The notes under the pieces were generated by a model that was not told the DNA's origin, did not search any database, and saw only the letters and a program-made list of their open reading frames with translations. This document shows positions 63,674 to 64,000 of a DNA stretch of 64,000 bases, piece by piece. The translations under genes and the position numbers were made by a program. Numbering within the stretch: position 1 is the stretch's first letter; each line of letters opens with the position of its first letter. The DNA comes from Lytechinus pictus (Eukaryota), in contig NC_087250.1 of the NCBI RefSeq assembly GCF_037042905.1, positions 4,652,001 through 4,716,000 of the forward strand. The letters are read 5' to 3'.

Positions 63674-64000
63674 CTGTAGGGGTAATTGGACAAGATAAGG
63701 TTAAACGGGCCTAATTACAACCGGCAGGCAAAAGATATTCATTTGAACCAACCCATTCTCATTGTTTTTTTTTTATTTAATATTGCTGATTGACAAAAAT
63801 GAATGAATATGATTGACAATCTAACACTCATTCTATAGGGAGGGTACCTACTGAACTTCTTTTTTCCAAATCGGAAAGATATATCACTACTTTGGAACTA
63901 TTTTAAATGAAATGAAATGAAATTTTTTTCACTGGCGGAAGAATTAGGGCTATTTTACTCTATCAAGTGATAAATTGCATCCTGTCAGGTGTGGTCTTCA

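Overview
AT-rich, repeat-dense, intron-containing animal DNA. The repeat types and gene content suggest a sea urchin or other echinoderm (inference). Three spliced genes can be reconstructed by hand. (1) The 3' part of a TBC1D2/TBC1D2B-like Rab-GAP on + (six exons, 355-13432). (2) A complete divergent calmodulin-like EF-hand gene on + (six exons, 20703-33820, about 146 aa). (3) A seven-exon gene on - (57758-37230, about 371 aa) encoding an MGxxxS N-terminus, a PDZ domain, an acidic linker with a possible caspase Asp site, and a C-terminal region matching the IL-1 beta-trefoil pattern. The last exon of a tandem paralogue of gene 3 lies at 63549-63673. This candidate invertebrate PDZ + IL-1-like cytokine cluster, with upstream kB motifs, is the most interesting system in the window. 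Other notable structures are about 27 tandem copies of a real splice acceptor in a TBC intron, a Transib-like element with RSS-like CACAGTG ends and a 5-bp TSD, a 4-kb foldback element, and Penelope-type hammerhead ribozyme hairpins. There are also Helentron-like elements, many MITEs, tRNA-SINEs and LINE fragments. All family assignments come from visual pattern matching; no searches were run.
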